A stretch of 64,000 bases of DNA from Acutalibacteraceae bacterium. GTDB lineage: Bacteria; Bacillota; Clostridia; Oscillospirales; Acutalibacteraceae. The notes under the pieces are model-generated. The model was not told the origin of the DNA. It did no database searches and worked only from the letters and a program-made list of their open reading frames with translations. Position numbers and translations under genes: made by a program. How positions within the stretch are numbered: position 1 is the first letter of the stretch; the number at the start of each line of letters is the position of its first letter. The stretch is taken from NCBI GenBank assembly GCA_045611605.1, contig JAZKXN010000092.1, positions 3,674 through 67,673 on the forward strand, in the 5' to 3' direction. Below are positions 36,916-47,088 of this stretch, in pieces.

Positions 36916-37461
36916 TTATTTCATAAGGCTTTCGTAAAATTTATCAAAGTTGTCAATAGATTCTTCGGCTTCTTTATTGTTGCCTGTAATCTTATCCTTA
37001 GTGTCAACAAGTGACTGAATAAGCTCATCAAGCTCGCTTACAAAGTCTTCCGAAGTTTTAACAATATTAGCGCGAATTTCATCAAGAGAAGCGTGTGCTT
37101 CATCGATAGAGTTCAAGTTCTTTTCAACTTCTGCATTCGAAATGTTAAGGCTACTCTCACTGTTTTTCATAATTGCCTGTGCATTAGCCTGAGCAACTAA
37201 ATAAAGCTTGCCAATGTTTTCCGAAAGCTTTTCGATTTCTTCATACTTTTCAACAAAGGCATTAAGCTTTTCGTCAACAATTGCTTTTTCAGCCATTAGG
37301 TTATCGTATTGTTCCTTTGAAAGTTCAAGGTCTTTTGCCAAACTGTCAGCCTTTTGATTTAAAGCATCCTGTTTTTTAGAAAATGATTTGTGGGTTTTTT
37401 CAATATATTCTAAAACATCATCGGTATTAAAACCAAAAAGACTTCTTCTAAAACCTGCCAT
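36916..37461 (-). CDS. DivIVA-domain / coiled-coil protein
   Basis: 181 aa. The N-terminal FGFNTDDVLEYIEK resembles the DivIVA N-domain. The remainder is heptad-rich coiled coil. Confidence 0.55.
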   Translation of the reverse strand: MAGFRRSLFGFNTDDVLEYIEKTHKSFSKKQDALNQKADSLAKDLELSKEQYDNLMAEKAIVDEKLNAFVEKYEEIEKLSENIGKLYLVAQANAQAIMKNSESSLNISNAEVEKNLNSIDEAHASLDEIRANIVKTSEDFVSELDELIQSLVDTKDKITGNNKEAEESIDNFDKFYESLMK

Positions 37462-37533
37462 TTTAAACTTCCTTTCGAAATTTGTACATAGATTATATCA
37501 CACATTTTATAAATTGACAAGTTTTTTATTTTA

Positions 37534-37562
37534 TTGACATTTTGGAGTGTAAATAGTATTAT
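37534..37562 (+). promoter_or_regulatory. Sigma-A type promoter upstream of pcrA
   Basis: TTGACA, a 17-nt spacer, then TATTAT. Confidence 0.5.
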
Positions 37563-37624
37563 TAAATATGAAATATTGTGCGTCGAAAAAGGCGCATTTT
37601 TTATTGATTTGGGAGTATATTTTT

Positions 37625-39958
37625 ATGGATTTTATCGACCTTCGTAAAAAGGTAATTAAAAAATATTTTGGACGTATGAACGATCGTCAGTTTGAAGCCG
37701 TTACAACCGTAAACGGTCCTGTTTTGGTGCTTGCAGGTGCGGGTAGTGGTAAAACTACAGTACTCGTAAACCGCATTTTAAATCTTGTTAAATTTGGTAA
37801 TGGGTATAATAGCACCTATATACCGAATGTTTCTGAAGAAGATATTAAAGCGGGCGAAGACTATTTAAATGGTGTTACTGATTTCGTGCCCGATGGTATT
37901 TTTGCTGATTTTCCCGCAAAGCCTTGGCAGATTTTAGCCATTACCTTTACCAATAAAGCGGCGGGTGAACTCAAAGAGCGTATTGCCGATAAATTGGGTG
38001 ACGATGCTAATGATATATGGGCAGGCACTTTCCACTCGGTTTGTGGTAAAATTTTACGCTATAATGCCGATAGATTAGGTTTTACACCGCACTTTACTGT
38101 GTATGATACCGATGACCAAAAACGCCTTTTGAAGGATATTATGAAGCAGCAGTGCATAGATGATAAATTTGTGCCCGTAAAGTATGCTTTGTCGCTAATT
38201 TCTTCTGCAAAAGATGAGCTTTTAACCCCGGAAGAATACGAGGAACAAGCGGGAAATGAATACCGCACCAAAATTGTTGCACAGCTTTATAAGCAGTATC
38301 AAAAACGCCTTTACGATGCCGATGCAATGGATTTTGACGATATGATTGTTAACACTGTCCGTTTGCTTCGCGATAATGACGATGTTTTAGAGTATTATCA
38401 AAATAAATTTCGTTATGTTTGTGTGGACGAGTATCAGGACACTAACCACGCACAATATGTTTTGGTATCACTTTTAGCGGGTGGAAAAAACAACATTTGT
38501 GTTGTGGGTGACGATGACCAAAGTATTTATCGTTTCCGTGGTGCTACAATTGAGAACATTTTGAATTTTGAAGATGAATATCAAAACGCAAAGGTTATTC
38601 GCCTTGAACAAAATTATCGTTCGACTTCAAACATTTTGAATGCCGCTAATGAGGTTATTAAAAATAACCGTGGTCGTAAGGGTAAAACCCTTTGGACCGA
38701 TAACGGCGACGGCGAAAAAATTACTATGCACACCGCTTATGATGAAAGGGAAGAAGCTCGTTTTGTTGCGGATACTATTTTAGAAAATGTGAGAAAAGGC
38801 GGTAAATTTTCAGATAATGCGGTGCTTTACCGAATAAATGCGCAGTCAAACGCAATGGAAAACGCTTTCACCCGTTCAGGTATTTCCTTTAAAGTTATTG
38901 GTGGCACAGCATTCTATGACCGCAAAGAAGTTAAGGATGTTTTGGCGTATTTGCAGCTTATAAATAATAACCGTGATGATATTCGTTTGCGCCGTATTAT
39001 CAATGAACCTAAACGCTCAATTGGAGACACTACGGTTAATCACGCTGCCGAAATTGCGCGTGAGCTCGGTGTTTCGATTTTTGAAGTCATATCACGCGCT
39101 GATGAATATGCACAACTTAACCGTTCGGCAGTCAAGCTTAGGGGCTTTTGCGATATGATTAATTCATTGAGCGAATATGCTGAAGAAGCATCAATAAGCG
39201 AACTTTTTGAAAGGGTAATTGATGTTACGGGTTATAAAACAATGCTTGAGCTTGAAGGCGAAGAAGGCAGAGACCGTTTGCAAAATGTGATGGAACTTTC
39301 ATCTAATATTTTGCAGTATGAGCTTGAAAATGATGCACCTACTTTAGCAGAATTTTTGGAACAAATTGCCCTTATAAGTGATATTGATGGCTTAGAAAGT
39401 GACAACGACAAGGTTGTTTTAATGACTGTTCACTCGGCTAAGGGCTTGGAATTTGAAAATGTTTTCCTTGTTGGTATGGAAGAAGGCATTTTTCCGGGTG
39501 ACCAGTCCATTATGGGCGGTATTAGCGAAATTGAAGAAGAACGACGCCTTTGTTATGTTGCAATTACACGCGCTAAAAAGCGACTTACTGTATGTAACAC
39601 ATCGTTGCGTATGCTCTACGGACAGACGAAACGCAATCTGCCTTCACGATTTTTAAAAGAAATTCCGCTAGAACTTTGCAATTCTTCGGGTGTTAATATT
39701 CGCACCTATAATGTTACACCATCGGCACCTTCGTTTGTTCCGACTTCTGTAAATAAATCATCATTTATTAAGGAAACATCTAAGCCTAAAACTGAATCGC
39801 CTTATAAGGTTGGTATGTCGGTTAAGCATAACACTTTCGGTACGGGTATGATTTTATCTGCTACTTCAATGGGTAATGACACCCTTTTAGAAATTGCTTT
39901 CGATAAGGTCGGTACTAAAAAAATTATGGCAGGTTTTGCAAAATTAACAATTATTTAA
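37625..39958 (+). CDS. pcrA: ATP-dependent DNA helicase PcrA/UvrD family
   Basis: Start at MDFIDL after GGGAG. Motifs are AGAGSGKT (Walker A), DEYQDTN, QNYRS and VHSAKGLEF. The C-terminal Tudor-like tail is typical of PcrA. Confidence 0.9.
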   Translation: MDFIDLRKKVIKKYFGRMNDRQFEAVTTVNGPVLVLAGAGSGKTTVLVNRILNLVKFGNGYNSTYIPNVSEEDIKAGEDYLNGVTDFVPDGIFADFPAKPWQILAITFTNKAAGELKERIADKLGDDANDIWAGTFHSVCGKILRYNADRLGFTPHFTVYDTDDQKRLLKDIMKQQCIDDKFVPVKYALSLISSAKDELLTPEEYEEQAGNEYRTKIVAQLYKQYQKRLYDADAMDFDDMIVNTVRLLRDNDDVLEYYQNKFRYVCVDEYQDTNHAQYVLVSLLAGGKNNICVVGDDDQSIYRFRGATIENILNFEDEYQNAKVIRLEQNYRSTSNILNAANEVIKNNRGRKGKTLWTDNGDGEKITMHTAYDEREEARFVADTILENVRKGGKFSDNAVLYRINAQSNAMENAFTRSGISFKVIGGTAFYDRKEVKDVLAYLQLINNNRDDIRLRRIINEPKRSIGDTTVNHAAEIARELGVSIFEVISRADEYAQLNRSAVKLRGFCDMINSLSEYAEEASISELFERVIDVTGYKTMLELEGEEGRDRLQNVMELSSNILQYELENDAPTLAEFLEQIALISDIDGLESDNDKVVLMTVHSAKGLEFENVFLVGMEEGIFPGDQSIMGGISEIEEERRLCYVAITRAKKRLTVCNTSLRMLYGQTKRNLPSRFLKEIPLELCNSSGVNIRTYNVTPSAPSFVPTSVNKSSFIKETSKPKTESPYKVGMSVKHNTFGTGMILSATSMGNDTLLEIAFDKVGTKKIMAGFAKLTII

Positions 39959-40014
39959 TTGATTTTAATTATTTTAATGCTATACTTAAAGCAGTATATT
40001 GAAGGAGTAAAGGT

Positions 40015-40818
40015 ATGACGGTTAGCATATCAGCGGTTAAATCACAAGCGAAAAAAGCACTTTTCGGCAATTGGGTTATTGCAATTGTTTCGGCTTTGAC
40101 TGTGATATTTTCATTTTTAATGATTCAAAATATTGCATGGGTTTTTAGCCTTGTGCTGGGTGATGTGGTTGCAAATTTTATTATGATACTTTTAACCGTT
40201 TTGCTTTGTGGTCCATTAGCACTTGGTGTATTTCGTTTGTTTTGGCGTTTACACGGCGGTCTTGTGGAATCACCTGCTAATGCTTTTTATTATTTTTCAG
40301 GCACGGCGCGTTATTATAAGGCAATAAAGCTTTGCTTTATGCTTTCGTTACGCCTTTTAATGTTTGCGGCAGTTTTTTATTTACCCGCAATTTTGCTTTA
40401 TATTATTTCAAGTCCTAATTTATATGATTTTTTAAAAATGCCAATACCTATGTGGTCGCAGTACTTACAGCATTTGGTTAATTTCTTTTCTTCAATCGGT
40501 GCGGTGCTTATTATAAGTTCAATGCTAAGGTTTTACCTTGCCCCAGTTTTGGTTATTGCAGATGATGAAATGGATGCTGAAGAAGCGGTGCATATGTCGG
40601 CGGTTATTGCCAAAACTTCTTTTACTGACTTTATTTTTCTGGCGTTTAGCTTATTATTTTGGATAATCATTTCGTTATTGTTTATTCCTTTAATTTTTAC
40701 ACTTCCGTACTTTATAATGTGTTATGTTGTTCATTCTAAAGTGGCGATTAAAGATTATAATGAAAGAATTAAAAAACTTATAGACGACAAGCTTCCGTCT
40801 TTTGTGGCAGGTGTTTGA
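40015..40818 (+). CDS. DUF975-like polytopic membrane protein
   Basis: 267 aa with multiple TM helices. The N-terminal pattern (KSQAKKALFGNW) resembles DUF975. Confidence 0.6.
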   Translation: MTVSISAVKSQAKKALFGNWVIAIVSALTVIFSFLMIQNIAWVFSLVLGDVVANFIMILLTVLLCGPLALGVFRLFWRLHGGLVESPANAFYYFSGTARYYKAIKLCFMLSLRLLMFAAVFYLPAILLYIISSPNLYDFLKMPIPMWSQYLQHLVNFFSSIGAVLIISSMLRFYLAPVLVIADDEMDAEEAVHMSAVIAKTSFTDFIFLAFSLLFWIIISLLFIPLIFTLPYFIMCYVVHSKVAIKDYNERIKKLIDDKLPSFVAGV

Positions 40819-40819
40819 T

Positions 40820-41221
40820 GTGAAAAAAAGTATATTTTTTCTTATATTTTATGGTCTCGCGTTTTTGGTTATAACCATTAATTCGGTTTACCTTATGCTT
40901 AATAATGTTTATGTTGATATATCGGATGTACCTGAAGGCGAATATAAGTGCGCTTCAAATTCACCCAATGGTGAACGAGAGCTTAAGGTTTATTTGGTAG
41001 AAACCGACATTGGCAATGCTGTAAGAATTACTCAAACTCAAAATAATAAGACTGAAAATATTTTTTGGCAAACCAATGTAAATAATGCAAACATTTATTG
41101 GCAGGATAACGATTCTGTCGTGATTAACGGTATTGTTTTAGAGCTTTCTAAAGGTGATGTTTTTGACAGCCGATATATGCGCTCAATTTTCAATGACGGT
41201 TTAATGGGGTGGGATAAATGA
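40820..41221 (+). CDS. Hypothetical N-terminally anchored protein
   Basis: GTG start just after the upstream stop, with TTG at 40802 as an alternative. One TM helix followed by a beta-rich domain. The stop overlaps the maf start. Confidence 0.5.
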   Translation: MKKSIFFLIFYGLAFLVITINSVYLMLNNVYVDISDVPEGEYKCASNSPNGERELKVYLVETDIGNAVRITQTQNNKTENIFWQTNVNNANIYWQDNDSVVINGIVLELSKGDVFDSRYMRSIFNDGLMGWDK

Positions 41222-41772
41222 GTTATATTTTAGCATCGCAGTCACCGCGAAGACGCGAACTGCTTTCGGTGATTACAGATGATTTTACGGTAATACCGTC
41301 AAATGTTGAAGAAATTGTACCGGATGATATTGATGCTTTTAACAGTCCTGAATATCTTGCTAAAATTAAGGCATTAGATATTGCAAAAGATTATCCCAAC
41401 GATATTGTTATCGGGGCGGACACATCGGTTTTTCTTGGTGATTTTATTTTAGGTAAACCTAAGGACAGAAATCACGCGCACGGAATGCTTAAAATGTTGT
41501 CGGGTAATACACATTGTGTTATTACCGGCTGTGCAATTGTGAAAGGGAACAAATGTGTAAGCTTTTCGGTTAAAAGCGAAGTTGAGTTTTATCCGCTTTC
41601 TGAAGAAGAAATTAACGCTTATCTTGACACTGATGAACCTTATGATAAAGCAGGTAGTTATGGTATTCAGGCAAAAGGTGCGTTGCTTGTTAAAGAAATA
41701 CGCGGTGATTATTTTAATATCGTTGGTCTTCCTATAGGCGAATTAAACCGAAGATTAAAAGAATTTGAGTGA
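41218..41772 (+). CDS. maf: Maf family nucleoside-triphosphate pyrophosphatase
   Basis: 184 aa reading ILASQSPRRRELL ... KAGSYGIQ. Confidence 0.9.
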   Translation: MSYILASQSPRRRELLSVITDDFTVIPSNVEEIVPDDIDAFNSPEYLAKIKALDIAKDYPNDIVIGADTSVFLGDFILGKPKDRNHAHGMLKMLSGNTHCVITGCAIVKGNKCVSFSVKSEVEFYPLSEEEINAYLDTDEPYDKAGSYGIQAKGALLVKEIRGDYFNIVGLPIGELNRRLKEFE

Positions 41773-41805
41773 TGTGAGAAATCGCATCACTTTTATTGTA
41801 TAACG

Positions 41806-41840
41806 AAAACACGGCGAAGGTAATCCTTCGCCGTGTTTTT
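41806..41840. terminator. Strong bidirectional intrinsic terminator
   Basis: A 15-bp perfect stem (AAAACACGGCGAAGG/CCTTCGCCGTGTTTT) with a 4-nt loop, between convergent genes. Confidence 0.85.
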
Positions 41841-41848
41841 ATATTAAA

Positions 41849-42388
41849 TTATTTAAAGAAAAGGGGAAGCTTTTCAAGGAAGATGATATCATCGCGGTCA
41901 GCGGCATCACCTTCAGCTAAGAATGCGCAAGAAGCAGCTTCAATAGCGCCTGCGGCTTCAACAAGGTTTCTAACAGCGGTGAGTGATTCACCTGTGCTGA
42001 TAACATCATCAACGATAAGTACCTTTTTGCCCTTGATCATATTAACTTCGGTTTCGCCAAGGTATAAATGCTGTTCGTTCTGTGTGGTAATTGAATTAAC
42101 CGAAACAGAAAGGGGATTACGCATATAAACCTTAACGCCCTTACGAGCAATTATGTAAGGTTTGCCTGACTGGCGTGACATTTCGTAAGCAATCGGAATA
42201 CTTTTTGCTTCGGGTGTTAGAATAACATCAAATTCGGGAAGTTTTTTAAGCAATTCTTCACTTGCTTTAACTGTAAGTTCAACATCACCGAAAATAATGA
42301 AAGCGGCAATATCCAATTTATCGCTTACAGGGAATTTTTCAAGTTGTCTTTCAAGACCTGCGATTTTTAATGTATAAAACTCAGACAT
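41849..42388 (-). CDS. Phosphoribosyltransferase family protein (purine PRT-like)
   Basis: 179 aa with the PRPP-binding motif VLIVDDVISTGES. Confidence 0.7.
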   Translation of the reverse strand: MSEFYTLKIAGLERQLEKFPVSDKLDIAAFIIFGDVELTVKASEELLKKLPEFDVILTPEAKSIPIAYEMSRQSGKPYIIARKGVKVYMRNPLSVSVNSITTQNEQHLYLGETEVNMIKGKKVLIVDDVISTGESLTAVRNLVEAAGAIEAASCAFLAEGDAADRDDIIFLEKLPLFFK

Positions 42389-42410
42389 ATTAATATCTCC
42401 TTAAAATTTA

Positions 42411-42752
42411 TCAGCCGGGTGGCCACTGAAGATTTCTTCTGGCTAAAAGGTGGAAGTGAATGTGACCAACGGTTTGCCCACCGTCGTGCCCACAGTTATT
42501 AACTACGCGATAACCGTTTTCCAAATTTTCTGCTTTTGCAATTTTTGCAACGGCTTCAAAAATCTTGGCGATATACATACTGTTTTCGCCGTTAATTTCA
42601 TCAGCTGATTTAATGTGAATCTTTGGAACAATTACTGCGTGAAAGGGTGCTTGGGGCTCAATATCTAAAAAGGCGTAAACAAATTCGTCTTCGTAAACTT
42701 TTGTTGACGGAATATCGCCCTTTATAATTTTGCAAAATAAACAGTCGTTCAT
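42411..42752 (-). CDS. HIT family (histidine triad) protein
   Basis: 113 aa with the HIHFHLL histidine triad. Its start directly abuts the alaS stop. Confidence 0.9.
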   Translation of the reverse strand: MNDCLFCKIIKGDIPSTKVYEDEFVYAFLDIEPQAPFHAVIVPKIHIKSADEINGENSMYIAKIFEAVAKIAKAENLENGYRVVNNCGHDGGQTVGHIHFHLLARRNLQWPPG

Positions 42753-45374
42753 TTATTTAAGCATCTCCTTTAAAATAGCGGGAACAGTTGCAAGTGCTTC
42801 TTCTACTTTAGAAGCATCTTTACCGCCTGCCATAGCGCTATCAGGTTTACCGCCACCGTTACCACCGCAAATTTTTGCGATTTCACGAACCAAATTGCCG
42901 GCGTGTGCGCCCTTAGAAATAGCAGTTTTGCCACATGCTGCGCAGAAGGTAAGTTTTTCACCATTAACTGCGGCTAAAACGATAACTGTATCGTCATTTT
43001 CTGCCTTAACGGTGTCGGTCATCTTGCGCAAATCATCAGCTGTGCCGTCAATTTTTGCAACTGCAACCTTAACATCATTAACCATAACGGCTTTAGCTAA
43101 AATATCATCAAGCTTACCGCCTGCAAGTTTTGCTTCGGCCTTTTCAAGTAAGCGCTGTGTTTCTTTGAGTTCTGCCATAACAGCGGTAGCACGCTTTGCA
43201 ATTTCATTAGCATTTTGTGCCTTAATAATGCTTGCGGTTTCATTTGCAAGAGCAATGTTGTTATAAAGAACATTAAGTACGCCTGCACCTGTAACTGCTT
43301 CAATACGGCGAACACCTGCAGCAACGCTTGATTCACTTACAATATGGAAAAGACCAATCTTAGCGGTGTTGTCAACATGTGTACCGCCGCAAAGTTCAAC
43401 CGATGTATCAGCCGCTGCAACAACACGAACAACTTCGCCGTATTTTTCACCGAATAATGCCATAGCACCGAGTTTCTTTGCTTCGGCAATGGGCATTTCT
43501 TTGTTCATAACATCAATACCGCTTAAAATAGCGTTATTAACAAATTCTTCTACCTTTGCAATTTCTTCGCTTGATAGGGCAGAGAAGTGGGTAAAGTCAA
43601 AACGAACTGCCTTTTCGTTAACAAGCTGACCAGCCTGCTCAACATGGGTGCCAAGAACAGAACGAAGACCTGCTTGCAAAAGGTGAGCTGCAGTGTGATT
43701 ACGGCGTATAGCGGCGCGCTTAACATTATCAATTTCAACTGTTACTGCGCTGTCTACTGCGATTTCGCCGTTTTCAACAGTACCGAAGTGGGTGAAAATG
43801 CCGCTTGAATTTTTCTTAACATCGTAAACCTTAAAAGTGAAGTTGTTAGCAGAAATTACACCACTGTCACCAACCTGACCGCCACTTTCAGCATAGCAAA
43901 CGGTTTTGTCTAAAACAATAATTGCTTTGTTACCGGCAGTTGCGGTTAAGGTATGTTCACTTTCCACTACAATATCTAAAACCTTAGCGTCACATTTATT
44001 ATCGGTGTAACCCAAAAATTCGGTAGCATCAATATTTTCAAAGGTCAAATCGTTTGATTTCCAACTTTCACCGTCGGATGCTTTGCGCGCATTTCTTGCT
44101 TTTTGGCGTTGTTCATCCATACATTCTTTAAACTTTTCTTCGTCAAGGGTCATACCTTTTTCAGAAAGAATATCCTTGGTTAAGTCAACAGGGAAGCCGT
44201 AGGTATCATAAAGCTTAAATGCATCTTCGCCTGAAAGCATACCGCCATTTTTGGTGAGCGCTTCAAGCATTGAAAGACCTTGGTCAACAGTTTTGTTGAA
44301 TGATGCTTCTTCGTTGGTGATAACCTTTGTAATAAGTTCTTTCTTTTCAACAAGTTCAGGGTAGCCCGACTTGTTTTCGTTTATAACGCAGTCGCAAAGC
44401 TCCATAAAGAAAGGACGGTTAATACCGATAAGTTTACCGTGGCGCACTGCACGGCGAATGATTCGGCGTAAAACATAACCACGGCCTTCGTTTGAAGGAA
44501 TAATACCGTCGCTAATCATAAAGGTTGCGGCGCGTGCGTGGTCGGTAATAGCGCGGATAGAAATATCGGTAGAATGGTCTTTACCGTATTCTTTTCCCGA
44601 AATTGCGCAAACCTTATCAAGAATGTTTCTGATGGTGTCAACTTCAAACATATTGTCAACACCCTGCATTACACAAGCAAGGCGTTCAAGACCCATACCG
44701 GTATCAATGTTTTTGTGTTCGAGTTCGGTATATGTGCCGTCACCCATATTGTTGAACTGTGAGAAAACATTGTTCCAGATTTCCATATATCTGTCACAAT
44801 CGCAACCGGGTTTACAGTCGGGTGAGCCACAGCCATATTTTTCGCCGCGGTCAAAATAAATTTCGCTACAAGGACCGCAAGGACCTGTACCATGTTCCCA
44901 GAAGTTGTCAGCTTTACCCATTCTTACAATGCGTTCTTCGGGCACACCGATAACATCGCGCCATAAAGCGTAGGCTTCGTCATCTTCTTCATAAACTGAC
45001 GGCCACAAAAGTTCTTCGGGGATTTCAAGAGTCTTAGTTAAATATTCCCAAGCCCACGGAATAGCTTCGTTTTTAAAATAATCACCGAACGAGAAGTTAC
45101 CAAGCATTTCGAAAAATGTGCCGTGACGGGCGGTAATACCAACGCGTTCAAGGTCGGGTGTGCGGATGCACTTTTGGCAGGTGGTAACACGGTTACGTGG
45201 TGGTGTTACTTCGCCTGTAAAGTACTTTTTCATCGGTGCCATACCCGAGTTTATTAAAAGTAAGGATTTGTCGTTATTTGGCACCAACGAAAAGCTGCCA
45301 AGACGCAAATGTCCCTTTTCTTCAAAGAATGAAAGATAGCTTTCGCGAAGGTCGTTAAGTGAAGTCCATTTCAT
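42753..45374 (-). CDS. alaS: Alanine--tRNA ligase
   Basis: 873 aa with a class II core, an editing domain (HTAAHLL, CGGTH) and a C-terminal DHHA1-like domain. Confidence 0.97.
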   Translation of the reverse strand: MKWTSLNDLRESYLSFFEEKGHLRLGSFSLVPNNDKSLLLINSGMAPMKKYFTGEVTPPRNRVTTCQKCIRTPDLERVGITARHGTFFEMLGNFSFGDYFKNEAIPWAWEYLTKTLEIPEELLWPSVYEEDDEAYALWRDVIGVPEERIVRMGKADNFWEHGTGPCGPCSEIYFDRGEKYGCGSPDCKPGCDCDRYMEIWNNVFSQFNNMGDGTYTELEHKNIDTGMGLERLACVMQGVDNMFEVDTIRNILDKVCAISGKEYGKDHSTDISIRAITDHARAATFMISDGIIPSNEGRGYVLRRIIRRAVRHGKLIGINRPFFMELCDCVINENKSGYPELVEKKELITKVITNEEASFNKTVDQGLSMLEALTKNGGMLSGEDAFKLYDTYGFPVDLTKDILSEKGMTLDEEKFKECMDEQRQKARNARKASDGESWKSNDLTFENIDATEFLGYTDNKCDAKVLDIVVESEHTLTATAGNKAIIVLDKTVCYAESGGQVGDSGVISANNFTFKVYDVKKNSSGIFTHFGTVENGEIAVDSAVTVEIDNVKRAAIRRNHTAAHLLQAGLRSVLGTHVEQAGQLVNEKAVRFDFTHFSALSSEEIAKVEEFVNNAILSGIDVMNKEMPIAEAKKLGAMALFGEKYGEVVRVVAAADTSVELCGGTHVDNTAKIGLFHIVSESSVAAGVRRIEAVTGAGVLNVLYNNIALANETASIIKAQNANEIAKRATAVMAELKETQRLLEKAEAKLAGGKLDDILAKAVMVNDVKVAVAKIDGTADDLRKMTDTVKAENDDTVIVLAAVNGEKLTFCAACGKTAISKGAHAGNLVREIAKICGGNGGGKPDSAMAGGKDASKVEEALATVPAILKEMLK

Positions 45375-45429
45375 TTTAAAAACATCCTTTAATTAGAATT
45401 AAACATACTTTATTATTATATACTTATAG

Positions 45430-47046
45430 TTAAAATTTGTCAACTGAAACCGCCATAATTTTATCCGCTGTTTTTGCGAAAATTTCGGCGCAGGACTCGG
45501 TTTGAAGGCTTGAGTTTTCACAAAACACGATAATTATATATCTCGGGTTGTCTGCAGGGAAGAAGCCACAAAACCAACTCCTTAAAATTTCTTTTCCGTT
45601 TTCAAATTTTCCGGTTTGTGCGGTGGCTGTTTTACCGGCAGCAGTAACAGTCTGCGGTAGTGCGGCGGCACCTGTACCTTCACTAATAACAGTTTGTAAA
45701 TATTTCTTTAAATTCCGGGCGGTGGATTCACTCATTACCTTGGTGGGATACCCACTGTTATATTTTGTAAAACTACCGTCTTTATATGTGCCTTCAACAA
45801 GGCTCGGTATATAATATTTTCCTTCGTTAGCTATTGCTGAATATAATGTCAGCATAGAAACAGGGGAAGCAGTTAAATCGCCTTGTCCAATGCTGAAATT
45901 TGCTAGATGTGCTTGGTTTTGCAGATTGGCTTTTTGGGGAATTACACCATTGGCGGTATAAATGCCGTCACAAAGCTTAATTTTTCTTCCAAAGTGAAGA
46001 GAGTCTGCCATTTTATAAACACCGTTACCACCCGTTTTAAGCGCCAAATTAAAGAAATATGTGTTGCAAGAATTTGCTAAGGCATATTCAAGCGATAAGG
46101 TGCCGTGTCCTGCTCGTTCGTGACAGTTAAATGAACGGTCAACAATCTGCATATTACCGACACAATTGTATTTTGTATGCCCCAGTTTGTTTTCAATAGC
46201 CGCCGCGGCAACACAGGGCTTAAAGCAAGAACCAACTGCATAACAGTTTATCGCTCGGTTAAAAAGTGGGGAAGATTCATCATTTAAAAAAATCGAAAGC
46301 TCTAAGTTGTTAAAATTAGGTCGAGAAACAATTCCGCGAATTTTTAAGGTTTCGGCGTCTGCCACCACGATTGCACCCTTTGTTAGAGGGTTTGCTGTTT
46401 CTTCAATAATGTTTTGAATGTTAATATCAAGTGTTGTTACAACACCGTTTGCCACAACCGATGTATCGTTATATATCTCAGGCTCGACTCCGCTTAGAAT
46501 GTTGCCAAGACCGTCACAAGCATAGGCAAAATATGCCGAATTTTTACTATATAGTAGAGTGTCGTATGCGAATTGTATACCGCTAACACCCTTATTATCG
46601 GTGTTGACATATCCGATTGTGTGTGGCGCAACCACAGGCTCATCGTCATAAAAAACGGTGGTGCATAAAATTCCGTCGCAAATTATTTCTTCGGGCAGTT
46701 CGCAAAGTATTGGCTTGTCGGAACTATCAAGGCGGGTGCACAAATCGTTATATTCTTTTTCGTTAAGTATTGTTTTAAGGGCGTCTTTTGTGCGTTTCGT
46801 GTTAGATACTGCTGCGATAACTTTGGTTTTTGTGTTAGTAAGTGGTACCATATTGCAGTCATAAATTGTTCCGCGAAGCCCTGTAATTTCTAACTTTAAT
46901 CGCCCATGTGACTTTAAAACAGTGGTATAGTCAGTTCTTGCAATTACAGCAACACGCAAAAATCCACCGAAAAAAAGTAAAATAAGTACAAAATAACATA
47001 GCGCGCTACGACGGGCAAAAAAACGCCACCAAATACTGTTTTGCAT
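45430..47046 (-). CDS. Class B penicillin-binding protein (PBP2/SpoVD/FtsI family transpeptidase)
   Basis: Start at MQNSIWW after GAGGTG. N-terminal TM helix and transpeptidase motifs SCFK (SxxK), SNS-like and KTAT (KTG-like). Confidence 0.85.
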   Translation of the reverse strand: MQNSIWWRFFARRSALCYFVLILLFFGGFLRVAVIARTDYTTVLKSHGRLKLEITGLRGTIYDCNMVPLTNTKTKVIAAVSNTKRTKDALKTILNEKEYNDLCTRLDSSDKPILCELPEEIICDGILCTTVFYDDEPVVAPHTIGYVNTDNKGVSGIQFAYDTLLYSKNSAYFAYACDGLGNILSGVEPEIYNDTSVVANGVVTTLDINIQNIIEETANPLTKGAIVVADAETLKIRGIVSRPNFNNLELSIFLNDESSPLFNRAINCYAVGSCFKPCVAAAAIENKLGHTKYNCVGNMQIVDRSFNCHERAGHGTLSLEYALANSCNTYFFNLALKTGGNGVYKMADSLHFGRKIKLCDGIYTANGVIPQKANLQNQAHLANFSIGQGDLTASPVSMLTLYSAIANEGKYYIPSLVEGTYKDGSFTKYNSGYPTKVMSESTARNLKKYLQTVISEGTGAAALPQTVTAAGKTATAQTGKFENGKEILRSWFCGFFPADNPRYIIIVFCENSSLQTESCAEIFAKTADKIMAVSVDKF

Positions 47047-47052
47047 AATAAA

Positions 47053-47088
47053 ACACCTCTTGTTTAGTATTAACAAGAGGTGTAAATT
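47053..47088 (-). terminator. Terminator-like hairpin after the U32 gene that overlaps the SD of the PBP gene
   Basis: On the minus strand: ACACCTCTTGTT-aatacta-AACAAGAGGTGT (12-bp perfect stem), then TTTATT, then ATG at 47046. Confidence 0.7.

Noticed and set aside
42730-43266. 178-aa plus-strand ORF rich in Ala, Ser and Leu.
   Set aside because: It lies entirely antisense to the well-supported alaS gene. It has low-complexity composition, no SD and no recognisable motif. It is a typical shadow ORF.
45375-45429. Possible T-box or other leader upstream of alaS.
   Set aside because: Only 55 nt separate alaS from the upstream PBP gene, with no hairpin. alaS appears to be co-transcribed with the upstream genes.
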